Notes: generated from the sequence alone by a model not told the origin. 64,000 nucleotides of DNA from an uncultured virus (IMG/VR IMGVR_UViG_3300027374_000252) (IMGVR_UViG_3300027374_000252); one strand, 5' to 3'; numbered from the stretch's first letter, positions 44,289 to 54,423 are shown. Made by a program: numbers and translations.

Positions 44289-44667
44289 GAGATATAATGT
44301 TGCGGGTTATTATTGTAATTGCTTTGCGGCCGTGTACTTCAACTGCTTCTCCGGCGGCAAAGCTGAGACGGAAGGTATGTGTGGGATGCTGTGAGAGGAT
44401 GGCGGAGCATAGTCTGCGACAATATGTGCGGAAATGTCGGCCGCCACGTTTTGACGGGTGGCATTGGGCCTCATGTCGGCCGCAGATGTCGGCGGCACGG
44501 ACAGAGACATACAGGTAGAATTCGCCATTTGCGGTCATGATGTCGATTACATCGCCTTGGTTGATGCCGAGTGCGTTGACAATGCGTGATGTAATGTCAA
44601 TCTTGCCGGAGGCATGAAATGATATGTCGGCGCGGCGTGTATTGCCGAGTATGCTCATTGTATTCAT
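44281..44667 (-). CDS. Hypothetical phage protein
   Basis: Start overlaps stop of upstream gene (ATGA); IVNALGINQGDVIDI resembles an AbrB-like fold. Confidence 0.6.
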   Translation of the reverse strand: MNTMSILGNTRRADISFHASGKIDITSRIVNALGINQGDVIDIMTANGEFYLYVSVRAADICGRHEAQCHPSKRGGRHFRTYCRRLCSAILSQHPTHTFRLSFAAGEAVEVHGRKAITIITRNIISHD

Positions 44668-45068
44668 GGGTGAGGGCGCTCTATATTGTAGAATACTTTG
44701 CCATCTCCGAGATGGTGTATAGTGACGGTGAGTTTCATCTTGAGATGATATGGCAGTCGGTAGTGGGAGAATATCCAGTTTACAGACGGGCATAGGGATT
44801 CAAATCCGATGGTCTTGAATTTTTCGTTGTACTGAATGTCGGCAAGCTGAGTTTCCTGTTCAAGGGTTGGATTAATGATGAATCCGTAGGTGCCCCAAGC
44901 CGGGATTTCAAATACGAATACTTTTGCAGAATCCTCACAATGCGAGGAAAGCTCTATGTGGCGATAGAGTTTACGGGAGAAGGTTATGGAGTTGTCGGAG
45001 CAATCTGCTATGACATAGTAGCGGTGGTATCTGAGCGACCGCCACCAAAGAAGGAATCGTTTTAGCAT
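44664..45068 (-). CDS. Hypothetical phage protein
   Basis: 134-aa ORF in operon. Confidence 0.65.
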   Translation of the reverse strand: MLKRFLLWWRSLRYHRYYVIADCSDNSITFSRKLYRHIELSSHCEDSAKVFVFEIPAWGTYGFIINPTLEQETQLADIQYNEKFKTIGFESLCPSVNWIFSHYRLPYHLKMKLTVTIHHLGDGKVFYNIERPHP

Positions 45069-45085
45069 AATGCGGTGAAGTTAAT

Positions 45086-45343
45086 TTATTTTACAGCAGT
45101 AAAATATCTTTTGACTGTTGAGTCATAATTCTTACGAGAGCGGAAAGAGATTGTCTCCACCCACTGATATGAGAATGTGGCTGAGAGCTCGGATTTGTGC
45201 TTCTCGGCGGCTGCAAGTGTCGGGAAGATGATGCTGCTTATCTCGCAGCGGTTAGTGCCACGAGTATTGATGATGACGGCATAATACTTTTTGCCGAGTA
45301 AGAACTCTGCTATTGCAGAGAGAACGGTTTTTGTCTGATTCAT
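45086..45343 (-). CDS. Hypothetical phage protein
   Basis: 85-aa ORF in operon. Confidence 0.65.
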   Translation of the reverse strand: MNQTKTVLSAIAEFLLGKKYYAVIINTRGTNRCEISSIIFPTLAAAEKHKSELSATFSYQWVETISFRSRKNYDSTVKRYFTAVK

Positions 45344-45345
45344 TT

Positions 45346-46260
45346 TTATTTATTTTCGTGAGTAAAATATTGTTTACAAGTAAAGCCTTTGCGGGGTGAG
45401 AAGTCCTCAAACTTGCAGGACTTGAATATCATCGGTTTATTGACATACTGAGCCAAGTCTCGGGCATACTGTGATGGTTTTGTCTTATTCTCATAATCCC
45501 GGTATGGCATGACATAAGGCTTTATGCCTAATTCCCGGCAACGTTCTATCCGGTACAAGTCCTGCTCCATAGTGGAATTGAACCCGACAAGGATATAGCA
45601 CATGAGTTTGTAAGGCTTGATGTAGCGTGTGACCTCTCGGAGTTTGTTAGTAAGGTCTAATTCGGGTAAATCCCATGCTATGTGTATGGACTTGCGAAGA
45701 CGGAGCTTGTTGAGGTGATAAGCCTGTTCCTCGTTCATGATGCGCACGTCCACTCCATGAAGATTGACAGGCTTGTTACGGTGCAACAGGTAGTCAATGG
45801 CGGACTTCCATTCGGGATTGGCAAAGAAATTGTTGTCAAGCACTTCTATCCATTTCTCATTAGGGTTAGGCTGAACAGGATGGACCGGATGTATGTCTCC
45901 CTCCTTATCGTGAACAAGACAGAATGGACACCTGCGGATACATCCACGAGAAAAGAATTGGATCGAGAATGGATACTGCGGATAGAGCGAGTAGTCCATA
46001 AGTGTTGACAGTTCTATCTCCTGCGGAAGCCTCGACTTGACATCATAGCCAGTGCCACCACGTATTACCTCGCAAGGAAACGGACGGTCAATATCCGGAG
46101 AGAATGTAAAGATTTTGGATTTATAAACTCTGTCAAAATCCCAATACAAATCGCCACACCACTCTACATTATCCCCATGTGCCTTATGCCATGCAGATAT
46201 TTTCATAAGTGCGAAGTTGGGGAAGTTATGCCCGTCCACGTCAACAAGTCCGATGTTCAT
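45346..46260 (-). CDS. Radical SAM protein
   Basis: SRGCIRRCPFC (CxxxCxxC); N-term FPNFALMK..GGTG. Confidence 0.9.
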   Translation of the reverse strand: MNIGLVDVDGHNFPNFALMKISAWHKAHGDNVEWCGDLYWDFDRVYKSKIFTFSPDIDRPFPCEVIRGGTGYDVKSRLPQEIELSTLMDYSLYPQYPFSIQFFSRGCIRRCPFCLVHDKEGDIHPVHPVQPNPNEKWIEVLDNNFFANPEWKSAIDYLLHRNKPVNLHGVDVRIMNEEQAYHLNKLRLRKSIHIAWDLPELDLTNKLREVTRYIKPYKLMCYILVGFNSTMEQDLYRIERCRELGIKPYVMPYRDYENKTKPSQYARDLAQYVNKPMIFKSCKFEDFSPRKGFTCKQYFTHENK

Positions 46261-46374
46261 TGTCGTTTCTTCTTTAATTCATAATTGAAGCACTGCATCA
46301 CAGGCTTTACTATGCGCATACAGCATCTGTGATTCCACTGTGGAGGTCGGAGGGGTGATGGATTGTTTCGGTTA

Positions 46375-46593
46375 TCATAACTTCTCAATTTCGTTTTCGT
46401 AATAGTCTATCGATTTGTCTATTGCTTCAATGAATATATGCTTTACCTCTGTGGGAATGGGGTGTCTATTTTCATCAACCATAAAAGACCAGCCTCTCAT
46501 TTTATTATTCGAGACTGCATCTGCCCTCATACTCAATAGCCTATCCCTCTCGGTTATTAGAGCATAAGCCTTTTTTGCTGTATCAATTTCCAT
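46375..46593 (-). CDS. Hypothetical protein
   Basis: 72-aa ORF coupled to upstream gene. Confidence 0.6.
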   Translation of the reverse strand: MEIDTAKKAYALITERDRLLSMRADAVSNNKMRGWSFMVDENRHPIPTEVKHIFIEAIDKSIDYYENEIEKL

Positions 46594-46594
46594 A

Positions 46595-47338
46595 TTATGT
46601 TGTTATAAGTTCCAAGTTCTTGACTGTCCAATAGGCACAGTATTTTATATTCTTATCCGGTTTGAGTACCATTACCCGGATGAATGATGTTCCGACTGTT
46701 CTTGGGTCTTCCATTACTTGACCTATGTTGCCGGAGCGTTTATTGCGGACGGTATCACTAACTTTGAAGTTTTGCTTATCTTCAAAAATAATCTGATAAA
46801 CACCGTCCTTAGCTACCGTACAATCATCAACCCAAAGTTCCCATTCTCCTGTAAACCTCATCTTGAAACAGTCCTTTGCAAGAGCGAGGATTTCTTCCTT
46901 TGTGTCGAAACTTGTAGTGAATACTCCAAGCTGATAACATACCCACCTGTCCGGGTCATGATTAATCTCCTCCTGCGTAACAGGTCTGCGCAGGTCAAAT
47001 TCATATCTCCATTGGTAGAATGGATTTATCTTTTTAGCATCCCAGTTTGACGTTGTTGTTCGGGGATTGTCGAGACACTGAAATTCGATGCCATCAGCAA
47101 CCAATTTGCCGTAGTAGTGTATTGCATCCCAATTTATACCACGAAATGAGGTTATCTCCAACTTGACACATCTTGTCTTGCTCTTTTTTTGATAGATGCA
47201 AGAGTTATGAGGAATTGCACGCGTTTCCTCATCTTTATAGTCCAATCCCGCCTTATCATCAATGACCAAAGGGAAATCAGACTCATAGTTATTCATGTAG
47301 TCCCGGATGTTATCGGGAGTGATATTGTACTTTTTCAT
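46595..47338 (-). CDS. Hypothetical AT-rich accessory protein with C-terminal SH3/KOW-like domain
   Basis: FKVSDTVRNKRSGNIGQV C-terminus; start overlaps MTase stop. Confidence 0.65.
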   Translation of the reverse strand: MKKYNITPDNIRDYMNNYESDFPLVIDDKAGLDYKDEETRAIPHNSCIYQKKSKTRCVKLEITSFRGINWDAIHYYGKLVADGIEFQCLDNPRTTTSNWDAKKINPFYQWRYEFDLRRPVTQEEINHDPDRWVCYQLGVFTTSFDTKEEILALAKDCFKMRFTGEWELWVDDCTVAKDGVYQIIFEDKQNFKVSDTVRNKRSGNIGQVMEDPRTVGTSFIRVMVLKPDKNIKYCAYWTVKNLELITT

Positions 47339-48963
47339 TATGCTACCTGTATAGAGTGATACTTTGTTGGGTCGAAGGAACGGAGACCGGAGCAGAGAGC
47401 CTCACACCATTTCCGTGCGATTGTGACCTCTACGGCATTGCCGATGAATTTATTTTTCTCTGCCTGTGTGCCGATGAGAATGTAATCTTCGGGGAAACCC
47501 ATGATGAGTTTAAGCTCATCAATCATGAGCATACGCATAGAAATGTCGATGATAAAGTATATGCGCATAAACTCTTTTATCTTAACTGTCATTGGAGAGT
47601 CAGTATCGTATATGGCAATGTTGAGTGCGCCATGTTTCACGCTCACAAATGATGGCGGCCGCTTGTCCATTCTTGCAATTAACGTGAAGCAGGGAGAATC
47701 AATTGACGAACCCGCAGAACTGAATTGAGGGTTGAGCAAAAAATGTGAGACAGATACAAGTTTTTGTTTGGGATTGGTAAGTACTGCAGGGCATATACCT
47801 TCGACACTTGATAATTGTCCGCCTCCCGAATATTCGTTAGCTATGAATGGAGTCACACCAACCAACGACAATTTGTCTTTGGTCGTAATCGTGGGTGCCG
47901 GACGGTCAAGACCAATATTATAGCCATTGCCATAATGTACCGACACGAACATGTGGTGGTCTCTCGCCGTCACTGTTCCGGCAGGTCCGTCAACGGACAC
48001 GTTCTTACTGTATGGATGTCCACCGTATTGTTTTGAGAGAAAAGACACCTGCGCGAGTGCCAAGCGGTTCTGAGTAGCTACCGTAGGGCATGGAGCATCG
48101 AGCGAGGGAGGACAATATTTCCCGGTCTTCTGATTGACTGAGTTGTATTTCACCATGAAAGCGTCTTTCCCACCTGCAACGAACTTGATTAGTCCGGCGT
48201 AGATGCGCTCAAGGGTCTTTTCAGACAATGGTTTCTCACGATCAAAAATACTTCTGCCCTCGTTGGAAAAATCAAGAACTTCACGGACAGGCTTCCACGG
48301 TTGCAATTCTGAGAACAGGTTCTTACTTCCGTTCTTGCAGTGTGTAGGCTCCGGAAACACAATGGGCAATCCCTTTCGGGCGAAGATACCAAAGAAGCGT
48401 TTGCGTGAAGTGTATGCACCATAATCGGCGGCATTGAGGATACGGTGTTCAAAGTTGTAGCCGTAGCGGCGGACATTGCGCACCCATCGGAGATAACTCT
48501 TGCCCTTATCCATAGAGATAGGCTTACCGTTTTCATCCACCTCTCCCCATGACATAAACTCCTCCACATTCTCAATCTGAATGTAGTCCGGGTTGATGGC
48601 TTCAATGTAACGGAACAGGTGTTCAGCGAGTGTCCGACTGTCTGCATCACGAGGCTGACCACCTTTTGCCCGGCTGAAATTGGTACATTCAAGGGAAGCC
48701 CAGAGGACGGTCAATGCGTCGAGATTAGCAGCTCTACATTGCCTTAGATGGGTGACAAGCGGAGACAGGTCAAGTGTGCGGATGTCCTCGGTGAAGTGCA
48801 ATGCTTCCGGATGATTGGAAGCGTGAGAGGCTATCGCATTAGCATCGTGATTGACACAGGCAACAACTTTCGCACATTCCTCTCCGTCGAGACGAGCGGT
48901 GTTGATACCGGTGGAGGTGCCTCCTGCACCACAAAAGAGGTCGATGTAAAGTAAGTTAATCAT
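47338..48963 (-). CDS. DNA (cytosine-5) methyltransferase
   Basis: DLFCGAGG, ASLECTNFS, IENVEEF, TSRKRFF, IGNAV; start at MINLLYID. Confidence 0.93.
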   Translation of the reverse strand: MINLLYIDLFCGAGGTSTGINTARLDGEECAKVVACVNHDANAIASHASNHPEALHFTEDIRTLDLSPLVTHLRQCRAANLDALTVLWASLECTNFSRAKGGQPRDADSRTLAEHLFRYIEAINPDYIQIENVEEFMSWGEVDENGKPISMDKGKSYLRWVRNVRRYGYNFEHRILNAADYGAYTSRKRFFGIFARKGLPIVFPEPTHCKNGSKNLFSELQPWKPVREVLDFSNEGRSIFDREKPLSEKTLERIYAGLIKFVAGGKDAFMVKYNSVNQKTGKYCPPSLDAPCPTVATQNRLALAQVSFLSKQYGGHPYSKNVSVDGPAGTVTARDHHMFVSVHYGNGYNIGLDRPAPTITTKDKLSLVGVTPFIANEYSGGGQLSSVEGICPAVLTNPKQKLVSVSHFLLNPQFSSAGSSIDSPCFTLIARMDKRPPSFVSVKHGALNIAIYDTDSPMTVKIKEFMRIYFIIDISMRMLMIDELKLIMGFPEDYILIGTQAEKNKFIGNAVEVTIARKWCEALCSGLRSFDPTKYHSIQVA

Positions 48964-49153
48964 TGATTTTTTTTGGGGCGATTGGAACTTCGGCGATTTT
49001 GATGTTGGAGACGCTGAGATTGTCGGCGGTGGGGTCGATGCCAGATGCAAGCTGATTGGCGAGCAGGTCTTTTACTCTTTCGGGGTTGGAACGATAGTAG
49101 CGTTCGCTGCGTCCGGAGATGTTTATGGTGAAGCTACATGTGAGGGAAATCAT
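48956..49153 (-). CDS. Hypothetical protein
   Basis: 65-aa ORF between replication gene and MTase. Confidence 0.5.
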   Translation of the reverse strand: MISLTCSFTINISGRSERYYRSNPERVKDLLANQLASGIDPTADNLSVSNIKIAEVPIAPKKIND

Positions 49154-49184
49154 ATGTCATTATTTGGTTAAGTAACTGTTCTAC

Positions 49185-50114
49185 TTATTTGGGTATTTTG
49201 GCGAAGTCGGCGGCAGAGTCGGCGGCAGCTACTTTTGAGAGGTCGGTTGCGGCGGGGTCAAGTCCTCGAGAGGCGAGGTAGTCGCGTAGTTCGGCGGCGG
49301 AGTCGACGGCCGGCCGGTACTTTTTTTCTTTTTTAGGTGAGGCAGGATTGGTCTTTTGGGGTGGAGGCGTGGACTTTTTTGAGTCGAGTTGTTTCTGGAG
49401 CCAATAGCAGAAATGGCTTCGGGCATCTTGCATTGAGGTATGCAGTTTGTCGCATTTCAGGGCGAAGTCGGCGAGATAAGCGTCGACTTGCTCGTTGGAT
49501 AGATGATAGCGTATGCAGACGCTTTCTTTCCATTGTGCGCTCTTTTTCATTTCGGCAATTTCATCATTAATTGACAATGAATATTTCTGAGCGGTGGTGG
49601 GCGCGGGTGGTGGCGGGACAGGTGTTTCTACGTGGCGGGGAGGTGTGGCTTTGCTCTGTCGTTGTTTGGGGGTATCGGGCTGTTGGTGGATGTTTGTCTG
49701 TTTTTCTTGCAGTGGCAGGACGGTTGCGGTGTTGTCGATGAGATTGTATTCATCAATGAGGCAGTTTCTCCGGGAGGAGCAGCAGATGGCGCGGTAGCGT
49801 TCTTGAATGCCTTTGGAAGTAAGAACCTTATCGGACTCAAATAATTGTTTAGACAGCAGACCAATGTTCATGCAGCAATCGATGACCTCCTGTATATATG
49901 CCTCGGTATATCCTGACTGTTCGGAGATTATAAAGGGCAACTCTTTATCCCACTTGGCGTAATACCCGTTTTTGTAGATAGTACACAGCAGGAGAGCATA
50001 TACAGTGACGGCCTTGCCACCTTGATACTTGATGAGTTTTCTAATTCTAATGTCTTGAAAGAAATCCACGTCGAACGGGAAATAGTCAAGACCTCTTTTT
50101 ATTGTCCGAGCCAT
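49185..50114 (-). CDS. Replication initiator-like protein (DUF4373 / Lin1244-type N-terminus)
   Basis: GLDYFPFDVDFFQD..LTSKGIQERY; DnaD-like C-domain HFCYWL; start MARTIKRG. Confidence 0.85.
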   Translation of the reverse strand: MARTIKRGLDYFPFDVDFFQDIRIRKLIKYQGGKAVTVYALLLCTIYKNGYYAKWDKELPFIISEQSGYTEAYIQEVIDCCMNIGLLSKQLFESDKVLTSKGIQERYRAICCSSRRNCLIDEYNLIDNTATVLPLQEKQTNIHQQPDTPKQRQSKATPPRHVETPVPPPPAPTTAQKYSLSINDEIAEMKKSAQWKESVCIRYHLSNEQVDAYLADFALKCDKLHTSMQDARSHFCYWLQKQLDSKKSTPPPQKTNPASPKKEKKYRPAVDSAAELRDYLASRGLDPAATDLSKVAAADSAADFAKIPK

Positions 50115-50119
50115 AGCGG

Positions 50120-50515
50120 TTATGTTTCTTTGATTCTTATTCCGTGGACTGACAGCATGAGCTTGCGTTTTATCTTGTACTCCGGAGTCTTGAAGCCTTT
50201 TGTATCCTCGACGATCAATTGTCCGGATTGGTCGCGATAGACGAAGTCGGCGATGTAGCGGCATGCGTATTCCAGGAGTTTTCCGGCGCTGTCGCGCTGT
50301 GGGGGGATTAGCTCGAAGGAGACTTGTTCCTGCAATGCGGATATGAGGCCGGCGCGTTGCAGCAGCTTGAGTTGGTTGGCGCGGTTATGTTCCTTCTTTG
50401 AGGCATGGCCGCCCACTTTTTTAGCGTGATACTTGCTTGTGCCGGAACCGTATGAACGGCTCGTAATCTCACGGGAGTGCTTGCGCAGCTCCTCAATCGT
50501 CATTCGCTCTGTCAT
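50120..50515 (-). CDS. DUF1064 family endonuclease
   Basis: SKYHAKK, SKKE, YIADFVY..VEDTKG..YKIKRKLM. Confidence 0.88.
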   Translation of the reverse strand: MTERMTIEELRKHSREITSRSYGSGTSKYHAKKVGGHASKKEHNRANQLKLLQRAGLISALQEQVSFELIPPQRDSAGKLLEYACRYIADFVYRDQSGQLIVEDTKGFKTPEYKIKRKLMLSVHGIRIKET

Positions 50516-51419
50516 TGTAAACCTCCGAGAAACTGACCGGGATAAAACACCCGATTGGGATTATCTTAGACTCCTCAATGAAGGAGTTGATCTGATACTT
50601 GACGAACGTGCGTTCCGGGTGCTTCAAAGACTCTCTGAAACGTTCCTCCTGTTTGTCACGAAGCCATTTCTCGATAAGCATATTGGCACGGACTGCCGAT
50701 ATTGTCTGCACTATGAAGGTATGGTCTTCTTCAATATCCCCCTCCTTATCGTCATGGAGGACAACGTGCGCACCTATCTGATAGAATTTCTTGGTCTCCT
50801 TCTTATCATCGGATTTTCCCTCTGCATCGGGATTCCCTTTGCTGATATTGTCACAAGTAGCCTCAACAAAGTCCTCCATCGACATTTCACCTTTCAGATA
50901 CGCAGCATCAAGTTCATACCTGCGAGCTTCAGCCGATTTGAGACGGTCAATGATTACCACACAATATTCCATCTCCTTAATGTCGGTAATCTCAAAACCA
51001 CCTTTGTAGTACAGCTCGATATAGTCCACCAAAATGACTAAAGCGTTGGCAACGGAATTGGCATAAAGCAGGAATGATTTACGCTTGCCGTCAATCTTGG
51101 CAACCGCCTTGTAGGGAAAGAAAGAGCGGTTTTCAAGCAGCATTCCCTGTCGGTTCTGATTGGACACCTCTACTTCCTTCAAAGAGCCTTCCGACATCAT
51201 GAATTTTATTGAACAGAGAACGTCTTGACTGATATATGTGCCACGTTCAAGAAGGATTTCATTACGTTCTATGGACTCTACTTTGCCCGTATCCTCGTCC
51301 ACGAAGTCCTCAGTCCATGTTCTTAATGCACGGCGGGCAACCCATTTGCCGAGCATTTTTTTCGGGTCACTCGTCACATAGCGGATTTCCGTTTTGCGGG
51401 ATTCAACAGTAATATTCAT
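50493..51419 (-). CDS. Protein with N-terminal RpoB-insertion-like segment and two DUF4494-like domains
   Basis: LRTWTEDFVDEDTGKVESIERNEIL; FLLYANSVANA and FIVQTISAVRA repeats. Confidence 0.6.
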   Translation of the reverse strand: MNITVESRKTEIRYVTSDPKKMLGKWVARRALRTWTEDFVDEDTGKVESIERNEILLERGTYISQDVLCSIKFMMSEGSLKEVEVSNQNRQGMLLENRSFFPYKAVAKIDGKRKSFLLYANSVANALVILVDYIELYYKGGFEITDIKEMEYCVVIIDRLKSAEARRYELDAAYLKGEMSMEDFVEATCDNISKGNPDAEGKSDDKKETKKFYQIGAHVVLHDDKEGDIEEDHTFIVQTISAVRANMLIEKWLRDKQEERFRESLKHPERTFVKYQINSFIEESKIIPIGCFIPVSFSEVYNDRANDD

Positions 51420-51583
51420 TTTTGCTGATTTAATTTTAGTTTGAGTTTATTTGTTAATTGTTTAATCATGTGAGAACGGCTGTTGCACTTCTGCATTGGC
51501 AGAGTGGCGAGTGCGTCATATAGTTTGGCAGCATCATCGAGATATGCGATGATTTTCTGCACGTCAGTTTTAGCCACCTCCAT
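51416..51583 (-). CDS. Small hypothetical protein (55 aa; not in ORF track)
   Basis: MEVAKTDVQKIIAYLDDAAKLYDAL...; fills the gap and overlaps both neighbours. Confidence 0.5.
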   Translation of the reverse strand: MEVAKTDVQKIIAYLDDAAKLYDALATLPMQKCNSRSHMIKQLTNKLKLKLNQQK

Positions 51584-53030
51584 CTTCCGAACCTCCCATA
51601 AACATTGTTACCAATTCGTTGAAGTACATTTCATCCTGCGGAATATCGTCACTTGCCGCCATGATTTGATTGGCGATTGACTTCTTCTTGTGGATGATGG
51701 AATATAGAACATGGTCAATGGTATTGCGACCAAGCAGATAATAGCACGTCACATTATCTTTCTGCCCTATGCGGTGTGCCCTGTCCTCGCACTGGCAGCA
51801 GTCGGCATACGTCCATGGAAATTCCACAAACGCAACATTGGACGATGCCGTGAGGGTAAGACCGACACCTGCCGCCTTGATGGAGCAGACTATGAGTTGT
51901 GCATGACCATTCTGAAAAGAGTCCACAGCCGCCTGTTTCTCCACAAGGGAATCACGTCCGGTCACGCTTACAGCCTTGGGGAATGCTTTTTTCAGAGCAT
52001 CCACAATCTCATGATAGGAGCAGAACAGTATGAGGGGTTTGCCATTGGCGAGAAAGGTATTGACAAAATCGACAGCCTGCCGAACCTTGCCCTTTGCTGA
52101 CAATGACCGGAGTGTCATGAATTTGACGAGAGCCTCCATGCGCATCTTGCGGCGAATTTCCACATCGGTGCATCCGGTGTACTTCTCAAGATATTCACGG
52201 AGGTCAGCGGCGGCAGTGTCATATACCGTGCGGCTTTCGGGGTCAAGTTCGACATATAGGTCTGTGCGTGTCTTTTCGGGAAGTTCCGTAAGTACAGACT
52301 TCTTTTCACGGCGGATCATGCAATTATCGTAGAGCTTGGCTGACAAGTCGGCAAGTGCTTCGGCTTGTTCTTCCTCCTGGTCTTTGCCAAATGAGCAATA
52401 ATCAGAGAGGAACTTGCCACGTCCTCCGAAGTCATCGGCAAGACGTTCCATAATGGAGAGCTGCGCCACCAAATCTTCAGGACGATTAACGACAGGGGTG
52501 CCGGACAGCAGGGCTATATACCGTTTGCCGGAGCATATACCCTTTGTGAAAATCGTCTGTTGTGCGCCGGGGTCTTTGACCCGGTGTGACTCGTCTATGA
52601 TTACAGATTTGAATAACTTGATGCAGGACGAAAATACCACGTCTTTTAACCGGAACGAGCCATTGGTTTTAATGTCCCATACAAAGTATTTACGAAGCGA
52701 CTCAAAATTGACAATGGCAACTTGGTACATTCCCATGCTCAACAGATACGGGAATGTGGAACGGGTTGCGTTGTCAAGTACAAGAGCCTTAACATCAGCA
52801 AACTTTTCAAACTCTCTCTGCCAATTTATCTTTAGCGAAGAAGGGCAGATAACAAGGCATGGGTAGGCACGGGCGCAATCGACAACACCGATACTCTGCA
52901 ATGTTTTACCCAATCCCGGCTCATCACCTATGAGGAAGCGTTTCTTCCGAAGACCGAAAAGAATACCCTCCTGCTGGTACTCGTATGGAGTGACTTTCAG
53001 ATTATGTTTCAATGCTTCCATAGGTCTCAT
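51570..53030 (-). CDS. SNF2-family helicase
   Basis: GDEPGLGKT, IIDESH, LSGTP, GVGLTL, QCEDRAHRIGQ. Confidence 0.95.
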   Translation of the reverse strand: MRPMEALKHNLKVTPYEYQQEGILFGLRKKRFLIGDEPGLGKTLQSIGVVDCARAYPCLVICPSSLKINWQREFEKFADVKALVLDNATRSTFPYLLSMGMYQVAIVNFESLRKYFVWDIKTNGSFRLKDVVFSSCIKLFKSVIIDESHRVKDPGAQQTIFTKGICSGKRYIALLSGTPVVNRPEDLVAQLSIMERLADDFGGRGKFLSDYCSFGKDQEEEQAEALADLSAKLYDNCMIRREKKSVLTELPEKTRTDLYVELDPESRTVYDTAAADLREYLEKYTGCTDVEIRRKMRMEALVKFMTLRSLSAKGKVRQAVDFVNTFLANGKPLILFCSYHEIVDALKKAFPKAVSVTGRDSLVEKQAAVDSFQNGHAQLIVCSIKAAGVGLTLTASSNVAFVEFPWTYADCCQCEDRAHRIGQKDNVTCYYLLGRNTIDHVLYSIIHKKKSIANQIMAASDDIPQDEMYFNELVTMFMGGSEDGGG

Positions 53031-53914
53031 ACAAGATTAACTTGAGGTTGATTTGCGGCTGCGCTCGGCAAAGCCGGAGCAAGCTCCACTTTGCTCTTGC
53101 TGGCACACAAATTAACTTGAGGTTGATTTGCGGCTGCGCTCGGCAAAGCCGGAGCAAGCTCCACTTTGCTCTCGCTGGCACACAAATTAACTTGAGGTTG
53201 ATTTGCGGCTGCGCTCGGCAAAGCCGGAGCAAGCTCCACTTTGCTCTCGCTGGCACACAAATTCAGGCACCAATACTGAAAGGCCAACTCTTCATACTTT
53301 TCACGCCCGGCATTATAGATGGCATCGCCACGAGTGATTTGCTTCTTGAATACCATACTGTTCTTTTTGCTGATGGCATATATAAAGTCCCGGTCAGAAT
53401 GAGCAATATCCATATACCACGCACGTGAGCGGTCCCAATCGAAGAAGTCAATCATCTGCTCAAATTCCTTTTGTGAAGTGGCGGCAGTAGTTTTAAGGTC
53501 TCCACCAAAAAGCGCAGCCTCAAGCCACCAATCCCACTTGCAGCGAGTGGCAAGCGTAAAAGGAAATCCGCAATATTCAAATTGCTGTGACTGATTGACC
53601 ATGAACTTCTGTGTTGTAGCATTTTCCAACACGAAAGCGAGAAACCTGTCACTCCGTGCCTCCATGCGCAGAGATTTATACATTTCCTGTGCATGGCGAA
53701 ACTCGTCCTCCGTGTACTGCGTATCATCAACTGTGAAGCGATAATAATTGACTCTCGCAGGTTCGGTAATTATGGCATCGACCAAATTCCCGAAACGGAA
53801 AGCCTCCTCCCGGTTGCCGAATTGCAACCGGGGGTGAAGCAGCTCTTTGAGGGCAGTGAGGTCTGAGTTAGAGACCTCACTACGCAGATAATATGTATCG
53901 GGATTGTTACTCAT
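53027..53914 (-). CDS. PD-(D/E)XK exonuclease (RecE/DUF3799-like) with a repeat-derived C-terminal extension
   Basis: VSNSDL, FGNLVD, RCKWD..GDLKTT; same operon as RecT-like gene. Confidence 0.8.
   Translation of the reverse strand: MSNNPDTYYLRSEVSNSDLTALKELLHPRLQFGNREEAFRFGNLVDAIITEPARVNYYRFTVDDTQYTEDEFRHAQEMYKSLRMEARSDRFLAFVLENATTQKFMVNQSQQFEYCGFPFTLATRCKWDWWLEAALFGGDLKTTAATSQKEFEQMIDFFDWDRSRAWYMDIAHSDRDFIYAISKKNSMVFKKQITRGDAIYNAGREKYEELAFQYWCLNLCASESKVELAPALPSAAANQPQVNLCASESKVELAPALPSAAANQPQVNLCASKSKVELAPALPSAAANQPQVNLV
53036..53263. repeat. Three tandem 75-bp REP-like units, in frame
   Basis: Units at 53036, 53111, 53186; internal palindrome GGAGCAAGCTCC; near identical. Confidence 0.9.
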
Positions 53915-54423
53915 ACCTTACAGATTTCTTTGAATTGAAATGTAACTTGATTAAACGTTTCGCTAATTACAGAGAATACATAAATCTTATTATCCCAATC
54001 TGAGCAAACCTCTATATGATAGTCTTCGCTCACTAAATGAGGGTTTCCCTTTCTTCGCTCAATTACAGCTTCTTCAAGTGTCTGATATATTTTCTCTTCA
54101 CTTGTGAATGTTGATGGATAGCGAATCTTGTAGTCCTCAATAAAGGGTTTCACATCGGTAAAGTTTTGTATTATGACCTCAACCCTTCCGGATATTTTCA
54201 TAATCTCCTTATCTATCCTACCAATGTACTTATTGAGCAAAGGAAGCAGGTCAGTCGGATCGATTGGAATGTTTATGTATTTTTTCTTACCCCAACCGTC
54301 AACGCAAGAATAAAACAGGGAGGCATCTTTGGTATAAATATTTATTGCCATAGCCGCCTCCTGTAATCTTGCGCGACCGTTGAAACAATCCTGTAATTCC
54401 GTTATTAATGCAGGGGTTAACAT
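53911..54423 (-). CDS. Hypothetical AT-rich accessory protein
   Basis: 170 aa, overlaps both neighbours. Confidence 0.65.
   Translation of the reverse strand: MLTPALITELQDCFNGRARLQEAAMAINIYTKDASLFYSCVDGWGKKKYINIPIDPTDLLPLLNKYIGRIDKEIMKISGRVEVIIQNFTDVKPFIEDYKIRYPSTFTSEEKIYQTLEEAVIERRKGNPHLVSEDYHIEVCSDWDNKIYVFSVISETFNQVTFQFKEICKV

Noticed and set aside
53036..53263. CRISPR array
   Set aside because: Units are near-identical end to end, with no unique spacers and no cas genes
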